Source: Eledone cirrhosa (Eukaryota). From it: a DNA stretch of 64,000 bases. This document shows, piece by piece, positions 1-12,814 of the stretch (positions are counted from its first letter, which is position 1; each line of letters begins with the position of its first letter). The translations under genes and the position numbers were made by a program. The stretch covers positions 42,780,001 to 42,844,000 of the forward strand of contig OZ024740.1 in assembly GCA_964016885.1 (NCBI GenBank), read 5' to 3'. The notes beneath the pieces are model-generated. The model was not told the DNA's origin. It ran no database searches and saw only the letters and a list, made by a program, of their open reading frames with translations.

Positions 1-645
1 TTAGTATATATGACTCAGTGTTAACTGCATTTTACGCTACAGGGATTTCCCTCAAAGAAAGACTTGTATTCAAGCTCACTGTTTGGCGCATACACTTGTA
101 CTACTCACAGAAACCTCTTTGGAATCTAAGATTCAAGATACACATCCTCCCTCCCAATGGGATCCAGTCCGTAACACATAATAACAGACCACCTCTGCAA
201 TCGATTCTGGCGTCACAACTGAATAGGGGAGTTTCCATCCTTCATCATTACTGGTAGCGTTTTATCTAAGTCATAAGAAAGGTGAAAGTAAATATTATAC
301 ATTTAACCTAATCTATTGGCATATTCAAGACGATTATATCGACAAATGCCTTGCTGTACAAAAGTGAATTTAGGCCCCTAGAAGTGAAAATAGCTGGATA
401 AAAATATTGTTATGACCTCATATTGAAAGACTTAAACACGCACATAGTGGTGTCTATGCATACAAACACACGTATACACACACACACACACACACGCACA
501 CACACACATACAGACAGACAGACACACACACACACAAACACATATATATATATAAAGTGACAATAAGAATTACAGCTTTTGTAAACTTTATTACATATTA
601 CAATTTGTTTCCATGTAGATCAGCTCGGGTTTGATCATGTGATTG

Positions 646-686
<41 letters not shown>

Positions 687-3599
687 ATGTGTGTATGTGT
701 CTATGTGTGTGTGCGTGTGTGTGTATGAGTGTGTGTGTATGGGTGTGTGTGTATGTGTGTGTGTATGTGTGTATATATGTGTGTGTGTGTGTGTGTATAT
801 GTGTATGTGCGTGTGTGTATGTGTGCGTGTATGCGTTGTATATGATACATTTCTTTAGATATTTGGCATATTGAGAATACTGCAATTGCTAAATGGTTAA
901 CTTGAACTTTTTTCTATTGCTTAAAGTATTTAAATACTGAATCCATAAATTTAAAAAAACCGATTCCGCTCATTCATTGATTCCAGGATCTTCTGGTTTA
1001 TGCAATATAATCCCGTTGAGTATATATGTACTATTCAGTTTGATCTTGTGAAGATTGGGATTATTGCAAAGTAGGCATGAAAAGACCGTTTTCACGAAAG
1101 TGCAGTTCTGTGGAAGGAAAATTGTTACAACCTGAAAACTTGGTATTGAAATCTAATGGCATTTGGAGTCGGGTAAACGGAGTGAAGATTACAGTTGGTA
1201 TGGTATGAACAATTTTAATAGTGACTGAAGAGATCGAGGGTCTGAATAATAAATGGGTAAGTGAAAACGTTTGGTGAATATAGATGTTTTTGACATATGG
1301 GGAATATTTGTTTTTGTTTCCTTGACAGGCGACGTGATCTAAAACATGTATGTGTATAACGGAAGCCATTATCTACTCGCGCAGCTAGAAAGTGTATTGA
1401 GATTGTATATGTAATTTGTCGACGAAATCAAAGGTGTAATGCAGGCAGCGCATTTCCTTTACTTAGAAGCCGTATTTATTTTTGTATTGGGAAATGTTAC
1501 CACTTCATAACTATTAGAAAACCTTTGCCAATATGAAATGATTCCAACTATTTTCTTCATTGGTGTAAACGTGTATCTAAAGAAATGTCATTATCTCTAG
1601 CAATTCCTAAAAGTAAATTGGCGCAGTGTTAGGTCTAAAAGAATTCATATAATTGTAGTATTTCTTCAACAAATATAATTAGATTGGAATGTTATAATAT
1701 CTATTTTTGTACTACTTTTGTATTTTGTTAATATTTAACACAAAAACGCCTTTGTTTTGCTGTACATTGGAATTACTTGCAGTCTAATACACTCATTTCA
1801 AGATATACGTTTCTATAATGTTTAATTCTCTCTGTAATTATAACAAAATTATACATACACGAGGGGAAATTAAAACTTAAAAAAAAATAGAATAAAATGA
1901 AATTAAAGATAAAAATGTTTAAAATGTTGTCAATCATTAATATTTATTTTGAGAGGTATTAGAATAAACGTTAATAGATATTATATATTTAATATAATTC
2001 AACAACTAAAAATAACGTAATTGATATTTCAGGACATCCATTAATAAAATATACTGCGTGTAATACCTGTTTGTGTGGCTCTATTCAAATAGGCAAAACA
2101 TTCTCATTGAATTAAATAGCAAGTTAATAACAAGATGAGAGAAAACGTTTTAATTTTTTTTTCGGTAAATTAATTCAAATTATAATCAGTTTCGAATAGG
2201 GAACCACATTTAATAGCTCCTTGTATATTTTGTAATTTCTAGCTCTTCCTTTTCTGAATTTAAATCCTAAGCGCTAGCATTCACATATATACAACATTAG
2301 ACCCCAGTCTATGTATATTTCTGCACGGCACACAAGCAACTTAAGCATACAGCTTAACCACATCGTTCTGATAAATAAAATATATTCAGAACCAATAACG
2401 TAAACTATATTCAAAACCAATAACGTTGGATATTTTTAATGTCATACTCCATACGTTGTTAAGAAGTAATTTAAGGAAATCATAAGAAAATACATCATCC
2501 GCCACAAAAACGAAATAAATTAAAAGAAATTGAATTTCCATTTGAAATGTAAAAAGTGAATAACTCTATGAGAGCTGTTAATGTCTTAAGTAAGAGGAGT
2601 ACAGCTCAATACAGTTTAAATCCTAACCTACAGAAAATATTTCGTCTTTTAAATATTTTTATATTCAAAACATATGGTAATCCTTAGTTTAATATAGGAT
2701 TGTCATCTTTCTCTGTTGTTAAATTCACTCCTTTCCTTTCAGGCCAAACCTATAATACCTCATTTACATATATTCTCGTATATTTCATACCATTTGTCGT
2801 CTCTGTATGGAATTTGTTTTTAAAAAACGAAATCTTAGATTAACGTGTCCTGACAATCGATTTGGAGTGTATATTTGCTATAAAAAATGTCACAGCATAT
2901 GTAAAACGTAACATGTCACAAATCACTCGAATATTAAATGAAATTTGTGTAAAAGCACAGCTTCAGTGGGATACCATAGTTGCGGTTATTGATTTCTGCT
3001 ATTTGAAGTTTTTCAATATGTTGTAGAATGGAAGTCCATTGTGGAGATAATTTGAAAATAGTTTCCGAAAAACATGAATCACATTAAAAAATCAAATACT
3101 TTATAGAAATAAAAATCCATGCTAAAATTATATCAGAAAGAAATTTCTCATTTTATGTTTTGTTTTTATCGTTTTTATTTTTGTAAATTCACCAAGAAAA
3201 CATACATCATATCTTAATGTATGTTTTAAATTACAAAGCATCTTTCAAAATATTAAATCTCATGGTGTCAAAGACAGTTTGTTGTGAGTGTTCTCATAAG
3301 TATTTTCATGTGGCATCAACAAATTCGTTTACGCTTGAGTTTTGTATGAAATAACAGTTTTGGATTTTGTAATTATGAAGTGAAAATCTTGAGAAGTATC
3401 TAGGGTGGAATGTAAACACTTCGGCAAAATGCTATACATTTTGCATTAGTGGTTTATTCAATTTAATATACACGATGCCAAGAGAATGAAACCCAAACGG
3501 AATATGTTGGAAATTGAACTTAGAACGAACAAATATGGGTGGAGAATCAAAGTAAATACCACATGTCTATCCACCACAAAGTAAATATCACATGTCTAT

Positions 3600-3905
3600 C
3601 TAATCATTCTACCAGGTACTGGATCAATATACAGCGCATTAAACAATACTAAATTATTCGGATCAATATCCATTAAATATTGCTAAGTTCTCGAGATCAA
3701 TATATAAAGAACATTGCTAAATTTTCCGAATCAATATACATACATCATTGTTAAATTGTCCAGGTCAATAAACATTAAATATTGCTAAATTGTTCGGATC
3801 AACATATATTAAAAATTGATAAACTGTCCGGATCAATATAGATTTAAATATTGCTAAATTGCCTGGATCAATATACATACAACATTGATAAATATTCTAG
3901 ATATA
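3600..3905. repeat. Degenerate ~32-bp minisatellite (ggatcaatatacattaaatattgctaaattgtcc-like)
   Basis: Recurrent gatcaatata and attgctaaatt motifs. Confidence 0.75.
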
Positions 3906-6900
3906 AAAATAGACTCTCCTGCTTCGCCGTTATCTATTTATTATCTAATTAACTTTCTGTGAAATTTGAAGTGAGAAGGTAAAAAAGCGGAACATACAGC
4001 TCCGTGCATTGTCAATCGCTCTATCGTTTCCGTCAATCAACAACCTTATCAATCGCCAGAATAATTAATATCTCTCACTCTCACTCAATGTATTCCGTTT
4101 CTATTCCCTTGTTTAAGCTTTGTTCCTCCCTCTCTCTATCCATGATCGCTGCATGACATAATTTTGCATACACGGTGTAATACTAACGCCATAAACAACT
4201 GCAGTAACAAATATTTTATACATTTATGAATATTGGCAGAATGAATAGTGTGACAGGATTCAGTAATTTCCTTGACTTTATCAGTTGGAATGTTGCTCGG
4301 GAATGATTTGACTGACGTTTTTCCAGAATAGATACGCAAAAAATACCAGTGATGAGCTGGGATCGATATAATAAACTGTACCCTGTCTTCTTAATTGTGT
4401 GGGCTGGTTCCCTTGATCTAAATGAATATTTTTTCTTTTAGTCCAGTACTGAATCTATAAGTTATTATCTATGAGTTCCTTAAATCTGAGACCTTGAGCA
4501 AATATGATAAAATGAAAATTGATACAAAACAAAAGCGAAAGCATGTTTCCTGAAGGAAAGGAATTATTTCTACAATTCACGATTTAATTTTGCTATTTTC
4601 TCAAAATGTTGTATTAAGAAAAGTTTTCATGTAATTATATACTTGACGTCTTAAATGGTATGTACAAAAATACGATTAAAATCGGGTTTTGTATTTATTC
4701 ATTTATCTTATTCGATTTTATTTAAATAAATTTCTATTTATATAAAATGTTTCCAAGTCGACGAAAAGGCGTTGCAAGATTTATTCATGTAATTCCTACA
4801 ACCATTCTAGTTAGAAGTAGATTAAATCTACAATTATGTTTTGCGCATAACATCTTCATACAATCAAACTTAATACCCACAATTTCCTTTCGCCGGAAGT
4901 ACAGTTTTAAGTACCGTATTTTAAGTCCATAATTTTACATGATACGAAAAAAAATTATCTGGAAAACTACAATTTCTGTTCTATTTATATACCAAAAAGT
5001 GCTTTAGAGAAACAAAAATATATAAAAAGAAAATATCACACAGTATAGAAATAAAAATACAGTGTAAACTTTTTCTGTGGACTTAGATAGTGTGCTAACT
5101 TAGCAAATGGAGCCGTATTTCGATATGGAATGTCTCATGTCCTTTCTTGACCAACATAGCATATGGTTGTCACAGGCTCCTCTATTTCCCAGCAAATAGA
5201 TTCAATGCAGAAACAACTAATGCATTAAGTTTATACTTACAAATAAATAAAATATAATAAAAATAAAATGATAGAAATTATAGTGTGATGTAGCATTTCG
5301 TTTTATTTTACTACATTAGATGTTGTTTCCTACTACTAGATAATGAACATTGCGAATTCAATTGCTCTCCAGATAAAACTGCATTACATTGTAATACACG
5401 GAGATATGTGATACATTATTTGTGGCACATGGATGCTAGTTTTAACTCGGCTGAAGTATTTTAAGGAGCTTTGAAGGAACATGTACAACTTATCAAAGTA
5501 CAAAACCTGATTTTTCAAATAGCAAACATTTTATCTGAAAAATATAAATATATGGAAGATAAAAATATTGATAAAAAACTAGTTGAAACTAGTTCCATGT
5601 AGAAGGTACAGACAAGATTATTCCTGTAAATCAGCTCTGAATTTGTACATAGAAATTAATGGTATATCCATCACTATAAAGTATAAACATTTAAAAAAGA
5701 TGATAACTTTGCGCTTTTGTTATCAAATTTTTTTGCACTATTAACATTTATACTATATATTATAAACTATTGTAATAAGAAATTTATTATTAATATATAT
5801 GTACACCCACTAACTATCTCTCACACAAACTAAACAAACAAACACATACACGCTCATAAAAACACCGACACACACATACACACACACGTACACAGATGCA
5901 CAGACACAGACAGCACACATTGGCACACGTACAGACACACACACATGGGAACATACAGACACACAAACACATATATATTTCATTCAAAATGGCGTTTTTG
6001 TAATATTGCAGTAGACGTTTGCAATGTTTCTGGGTTTTAGAATTTATATTATATAAAATATTAGAAATAGAAAAAAAAATCAAGCATTATATAATACATA
6101 AATAAAAGAGAATTCGCTCAATAAGTAAACACCAACAATGTTGAATCAATAAACGACATGTATGAGACTGTGTGGATACACTGTGACACTGTCTGGGATA
6201 TTTATATATATCAACTACCGTTTGGGATATTATAGTTGTTTCTAGAATGGCAAATTAGCAACGTCGTTAGAACATCGGTTAGAGTGCTTTGTAGTATTTG
6301 TTTCGGTTCTCTGTTCGCTCAGTTCAAATCTGACCCAGGGTCAACTTTGTCTTTCATCCATTCGAGGTCGATAAAACAGTACCAGTCTAGTACTGGAGTC
6401 GATACTTCCTCAATATCTCTTTCTCATTTCCTTTCTCTCACTCTCTATCCCTCTCTGGAAGAAGTCTGCTGTACTCAGGCTGAGAGAGGGGATGGGCTTC
6501 GTCAGGTTTAAAAATGCTCTAAGAAACGCCATATGTGGATTTGGTGCCCCTAAGACCCCCCCCCCCCCCCCAGTGGATACGGATCCATACCATACGAATC
6601 AGTAATAAATCAGTCACTGATATACTTCTAACCCTCGGTCACCTCTGAATGGTTTCTTCTATTTGTGTATTGCATCGCAAGAACAAATACTAATACAAAT
6701 ACAGATCTAACTACTTTATACACAGTCCCACTACCACTAAGCCTATTCTCTCAAAATCTTGCTTCATTTACTGTCATCCTTGCTATTTCTCGCTTTTCAG
6801 AACTTTCACTAAGCCCCTTAACTAGTATTTTAACCCTAATCCTTCTGGAATTCCCTTTTCACAAAGACACTTTATCTATTTATGTTCACTGATCATGATC

Positions 6901-7176
6901 TGCATTAATCGCACTAATGTTAAAAGATCTGCAACGATCATGAGCACTGCCCCTCTCGTTTGACTTTACATATAGAGACACAGGATATATACGTCTAGGT
7001 TATTTAGATCAATGAATGAAGTGCTTAAAAACACATTTAAATAACTACATTGATAATAAACCTATCTTCATCGGGTTACACTAAAAGGCACATCAGTCAC
7101 TAACTAGAACTTGAAGGCAGGGATGCACAATATTTTATGATTAACAGAAAGTAAGATTAATGTTAAATCAAAATAT

Positions 7177-7302
<126 letters not shown>

Positions 7303-7396
7303 TCACATAAACACTCTCTCTCTCTCTATCTCTCTCTCACACACACATATATATGTATATATGTATTCATATTATACATAATATACTTATAGATAC

Positions 7397-7478
<82 letters not shown>

Positions 7479-8544
7479 CATATAACTCTTTCTACTTTAG
7501 GCACAAGGCCAGCAAATACCCAGTGCATTATTGGTACTTTATTTTATCGAGAGAGAGAACACATATAACGATAGATTTATATTAGTCAGTTTTCCATAGC
7601 ATAGTGACATGAATAAACCAAACTGAATTAAACAAAATGAGGAAGAAATCGCAACTTAAATTTTGCTGAAGTGAAATAAAACGTATCAAGATTTCTAGGT
7701 TTCGTTAAACTAAATACCTGGTCCGAGTGCTTGCAACAAAGGACAAAGGCATTAAGTCTACTATCTAAGAACTTGTTCAATTAGGCACCCTCGACACAGT
7801 TTTCATGTACCCAATTTAAGTTGTCAGGGTGAAGCAGTTAGATTGTTTACGAAGCATATAATTTGAGGCAAATACCTGAGGCATACATCTACAACTATGC
7901 TATAAACACTGTTATAGTCATACTATAACAAAAGTAAATTATGTAATTTATCCTGATGATTCATATCTCACCTCAGCTCAATCGAGAAGCAATCCACACA
8001 TTTCTCCTACTACACCTTATGTATCGAGGTTGCCGATTGCAATGTATGTTCCCTATTTTCCACGGCCGATTCGTTGTTACTCCCCATATCCTTGGTCTTC
8101 TTTTAGGTCCGTTATCATACTTTTATCGACATTGATCACCTATTTGTCATCGGATACTTTGACCAAGTTAATGTATCTTACAGTTCCTAAATGCACAACA
8201 ACCCACCTACCGAAATATAGATAGATTGAAAAAAGTTAATTCATAAATGCTCTATTTCATCTTTCTTACTAATTAAATATTTTGAAAATGGTCTCAGGTA
8301 TTGTGCGTCACCCACTTTTACACTGCTTCCTATCTGCATTTATAGGTAACTAAACACTAAATGGTAAACAATGCCAGTCCACATTTGAGACGTATGTTTA
8401 TTGTTTAATACTGGAAGCTACAATAATTCAAATTTCCTGATTGTTTACTCACTAACAATTCAAACAGGTTATCCAAACATTCAGCGGTATACGTTTCTGT
8501 TCTCAATATGTTAAACATCTTTTATAAAGATATTTTTCACATTT

Positions 8545-8727
8545 GGACGGTGGATTGGCAGTATCGGTAGAGAGTCGGACACAATGCTTTGAAGCATAGA
8601 GTTACGTCCCTTTACGGTCTGATTTCAAATCCCGCCGAGGTTAACTTTGCTTTACGGGGTCGATAAAATAAAGTACCAGTAATACACTGGTTAATTGCTG
8701 GCCTTGTGCCAAAAGTAGAAACAATTA
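8545..8727 (+). mobile_element. tRNA-derived SINE; related copies at ~6245-6410 (+), 7488-7550 (-), 19700-19887 (-), 26815-26935 (-), 33475-33730 (+), 41060-41148 (+)
   Basis: A-box-like tggcagtatcgg, B-box-like (g/t)ttcaaatc, and shared core ggggtcgataaaataaagtaccagtaat.cactgg. Confidence 0.8.
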
Positions 8728-8916
8728 TTTTTTCTTTCACATTGACATTTTATGCTCCACATTATGCCTTTTTTTCTTTTTTCTTTTTTCTTTTTTCTTT
8801 TTTCTTTTTTCTTTTTTCTTTTTTCTTTTCACTTCATAAACCTTGTTTGTAAATAACATTATTCTTTCTGCACAATTTCTTTAACATGTGCAACGCCACC
8901 ATTCTACACCAATACA

Positions 8917-8966
8917 TGTCACTATCATTTGATAATGCATAAATATGCTGAAACTGGTAATAGACA
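8917..8966 (+). ncRNA. Putative degenerate HHR with U3-A8 core
   Basis: UUGAUAA UGCA UAAAUA UGCU GAAA CUGG UA AUAGACA. Helix I is imperfect. Confidence 0.45.
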
Positions 8967-9236
8967 ATTATTAAATATATAAATAGATAAATAAATGCCA
9001 TTGTTAATTAATAAATAAATCAACTAATACCTTAACACTTCACACAAAGTAAAACATTTCGTTTTAATCATTTTCTAACCCAGAAAAAAGAGAGAAATAA
9101 ATAAAAAGGAAACATGACCCTCCCGAAGTACAATATCGGTTTCAACACACGTTTTCAGATGAAGAATCTTGCTAAACAAATTCAGAAACGAAAAAAAAAA
9201 AATTGTTCTTCCTAATAATCGTCTCTTTCTCCCTGT

Positions 9237-9288
<52 letters not shown>

Positions 9289-9446
9289 CGAAGGAAATGT
9301 GGTAAGGAACCAGGTGGACCATAACGCACCAAAGTACTCAATACTTGAGGTAGTAGAGTGGGTAATAGGAACCAGTAAGACCCCGACAGCTGAGCTCAAG
9401 CCGTTTCGACGGCTAATTCTGGACTCATATATATATATATATATAT

Positions 9447-9880
9447 ATACGATATTAATAAATGGAAACTATATTTATAAAACCATATTTATTTCATTAT
9501 ACATATTTCAGGGATACCACATTAAATTATGGTATGCCTTCATCAGACAAAATACAATATATAACAGTTTTACAAATAGGTTTGACGTACCCTTTAAAAT
9601 ACAACCATTACTTTTGGAGGCTGTCTGGATAGTAATGGTTGTATTTTAAAGGGTACGTCAAACCTATTTGTAAAACTGTTATATATTGTATTTTGTCTGA
9701 TGAAGGCATACCATAATTTAATGTGGTATCCCTGAAATATGTATAATGAAATAAATATGGTTTTATAAATATAGTTTCCATTTATTAATATCGTATGTCT
9801 ACTCCAAAAATTTGTCGAGTGCTTTATATCAGTTATAAAAATATTTACTTGTTGTATCCCAACAACTTTAAATAGAACTT

Positions 9881-9885
<5 letters not shown>
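9447..9885. mobile_element. Non-coding fold-back element (arms ~9447-9612 / ~9631-9796 plus unique tail) with an HHR in each arm
   Basis: Near-perfect inverted arms between (TA)n tracts. HHR on + at 9689-9753 and on - at 9490-9554. Confidence 0.85.
9689..9753 (+). ncRNA. Minimal type I hammerhead ribozyme
   Basis: Helix I UAUUUUGU/AUGAAAUA, CUGAUGA, helix II GG.AUACCA/UGGUAU.CC, GAAA, short helix III, cleavage triplet AUA. Confidence 0.85.
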
Positions 9886-9924
<39 letters not shown>

Positions 9925-9926
<2 letters not shown>

Positions 9927-10099
9927 AAAGTTCAGCGAACGTCACCATGAACCAAAGTATCGTCTTCCTGTCTTCCTCCGGTTGCAACGTTTTTTGAAAT
10001 ATCCAGTTCTGCGTTTACAGATTGACTTTGTTAGTTTCAGAAGATCCCGTTAAGGGTGAAAGCAGCGATTTTTTGCTTAAACTTTAATCTGTTATTTTA

Positions 10100-10105
<6 letters not shown>
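9925..10105 (+). mobile_element. Short pLTR fragment of the Naiad-like family containing an HHR-like motif (10033-10083)
   Basis: Same sequence as the family end (gaaccaaagtatcgtc...aatctgttattttaataaa). Motif: AGUUU CAGAAGA U-CCC/GGG-U GAAA GCA..UGC UU AAACU. Confidence 0.8.
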
Positions 10106-10135
<30 letters not shown>

Positions 10136-10799
10136 GAATCATAAAGACTCTTTTCCTCCTATATCAAGCTTACAAATAATACTATATTTCATCACTGTAC
10201 TGTGTTGGTTGCGTTGCTATTTCTGTTTGCCTTTCGCATATATATATATATATTCATATGTAACCCATGTGTAACCACGCAGCACTCCATTTTTCTTATA
10301 TTTATATTTTTTCCTCAGCTGCGACCTCTCTGTTTCTTTCTTACTGCTTCCCCTCTCTCTGTATCTCTCACCTTCTTTTTACCCCATCTGCCAGTCACAC
10401 TCTCTCCCAGCTGGCCTCTTCCTCACACTTCCACTCACTTAATCTCTGCTTCTCCCCCTCTCTCACTTCCCCCGTTTGACCTGTGTGAATTCCTTTTCTC
10501 CCTCACATCTCACCCAGGTCGGATAGTCTGTATCTCTCGTCCATGATTTCACCAAGTTTAAGCTTATACATATCATGTCTCTTCCTATCTTTCCGTTGCA
10601 ATACCATCTTTGTTTGTTTACATGTCTCGCTCGCTTCACCCTATTTTACTCGTCCCAATAACTTTATTTAGTTATTGCTCGCACCAACCAGTGGTATATA
10701 ATTTTTAAAGCTATGAACTACCTATGAAGGTTCGAAGATCACTGATGAAGGATTTTATTCATATGTAACCCATGTTCAACTACGCAGTACTCCATTTTT

Positions 10800-10891
<92 letters not shown>

Positions 10892-10929
10892 AAACAAGGA
10901 ACCAGTATTGCATCACATACATATTTATT

Positions 10930-11022
10930 CACATATTACATATGTTTCCCTACCGATCAGTTCGAGGAACGATCGATTATATTCGTTCCTGACTCTGGAA
11001 TTGAAAGCTCATCAGATATGTG
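10930..11022 (-). ncRNA. Hammerhead ribozyme with extended helix II, in a ~165-bp insert between (TA)n tracts
   Basis: Helix I CACAUAU/AUAUGUG, CUGAUGA, ~60-nt helix II region containing AGGAACGA/UCGUUCCU, GAAA, palindromic ACAUAUGU, cleavage triplet GUA. Confidence 0.8.
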
Positions 11023-11072
11023 TTCTCATATGTAGAATGACTTCCAAATGTTCATTTATATATATATATATA

Positions 11073-11947
11073 TAAAACTGAGGATGTCTGTCTGTGAGTG
11101 TGTGAGTTTGAATCCCTAAATCTCGAGAACCACCCAACTGACTGTTTTCAAAATTTACACATGTAATACTTATGTTTAGGGCTGTTTTCTGAGCAAATAA
11201 ATTTGAAATTTTCCATGATCTAGGGACCACATTAGGCGATTTAGCGATCTCTCTCTATAATTCTTAGTCTTTCTCTTTTTAGATAGATACACAGATATAA
11301 CGTCGCATCCTTATAATATCTGTCTGTATGCCTGACTGTCTGCATTACGTCACTTCCCTGAGGATGTCTGTCTGTGTGTGTGTGTCTGTGAGTTTGAACA
11401 CCTAAAACTCGAGAAGTACACAACCGATTTTTTTCAAACTTTACTTATGTTTCAGGGAGTGTTATGCACATAACAAATTCAATTTTTTGATCTTCTAAGG
11501 CCCGTTTTTAAGCTTTTTAGGTTTTTTTGAGGCGTTACGTCAGACTGATTTCCATGAAATTGTAACTATGTATTAGTCAGTCTCTTCTTCATACGGTGAG
11601 CAAAGAAAATCCAACTTTTTTATGGCATTAGGTGAAAAACTTCATTTTTTCAGCTTTTTAGGACTTGTTGGAGGCGTTACATCTAGCCGATTTTCCCGAA
11701 ATTTCATGGCATATTATGCACATAAAAAAAAAATCATTTTCTTGATCCCCTAGGGTCCGCATTAGGTGAAAACGTGAATTTTTCCTGCTTCATCGAAGAA
11801 AATCTTAAAGATTATCCAGCCATCAGTGTATTCAGTTTATCTTCTTTACATATTGTCCAGGCATGCAGTTTTTCCACGAATAGGTCTGTTGGCAGCCCGT
11901 CTTCCAAAATACCTTATCCCGTGCAACGCCGGGTACTACTCGCAGTA
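11073..11947 (+). mobile_element. Non-autonomous Helitron-like element
   Basis: The 5' block gaggatgtctgtctgt...ctcgagaa is duplicated (11080, 11360), with internal degenerate repeats. The 3' GC hairpin cccgtgcaacgccggg lies ~10 nt before a CTAGT-like end (gcagt). Confidence 0.55.
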
Positions 11948-11989
<42 letters not shown>

Positions 11990-12022
11990 TATATATATTA
12001 TATATAATATATATATATATAT

Positions 12023-12462
12023 TCAAAAGTTCTATTTAAAGTTGTTGGGATACAACAAGTAAACATTTTTATAACTGATATAAAGCACTCAACAAGTATT
12101 TGGAGTAGATATACGATATTAATAAATGGAAACTATATTTATAAAACCATATTTATTTCATTATACAGGGATACCAAATTAAATCATGGTATGCCTTCAT
12201 CAGACAAAATACAATATATAACAGTTTTACAAATAAGCTTTGACGTACCCTTTTAAAATGCAACCATTATTTTGACTATCCAGATGGCTTCCAAAAATAA
12301 TGGTTGCATTTTAAAAGGGTACGTCAAAGCTTATTTGTAAAACTGTTATATATTGTATTTTGTCTGATGAAGGCATACCATGATTTAATTTGGTATCCCT
12401 GAAATATGTATAATGAAATAAATATGGTTTTATAAATATAGTTTCCATTTATTAATATCGTA
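12023..12462. mobile_element. Second copy of the 9.4-kb fold-back family in opposite orientation; intact HHR on + at 12356-12420
   Basis: Same tail, arms and central loop as 9447-9885. The left-arm HHR has lost GAAA through a ~7-nt deletion. Confidence 0.85.
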
Positions 12463-12554
12463 TATATATATATATATATTATATATTATATACTAAATAT
12501 ATAATATATATAATATATTATATATATATATGAACATTTGGACTTGATTTCTAC

Positions 12555-12767
<213 letters not shown>

Positions 12768-12814
12768 GATGTTTTTGCATTCTTACAAAAATATACACAA
12801 CTGAATTTATTCGC

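Noticed and set aside
598-885. ORFs rich in YI, HT, CV or RE dipeptides here and throughout (e.g. 12493-12818, 53944-54414, 58458-59176)
   Set aside because: They are translations of dinucleotide microsatellites, which lack stop codons in several frames.
1040-5420. Possible small host exons (e.g. ttgacag/gcgacgtgatctaaaacat/gtatgt at ~1329-1347)
   Set aside because: Splice-like signals exist, but no recognisable protein or consistent frame can be assembled without transcript data.
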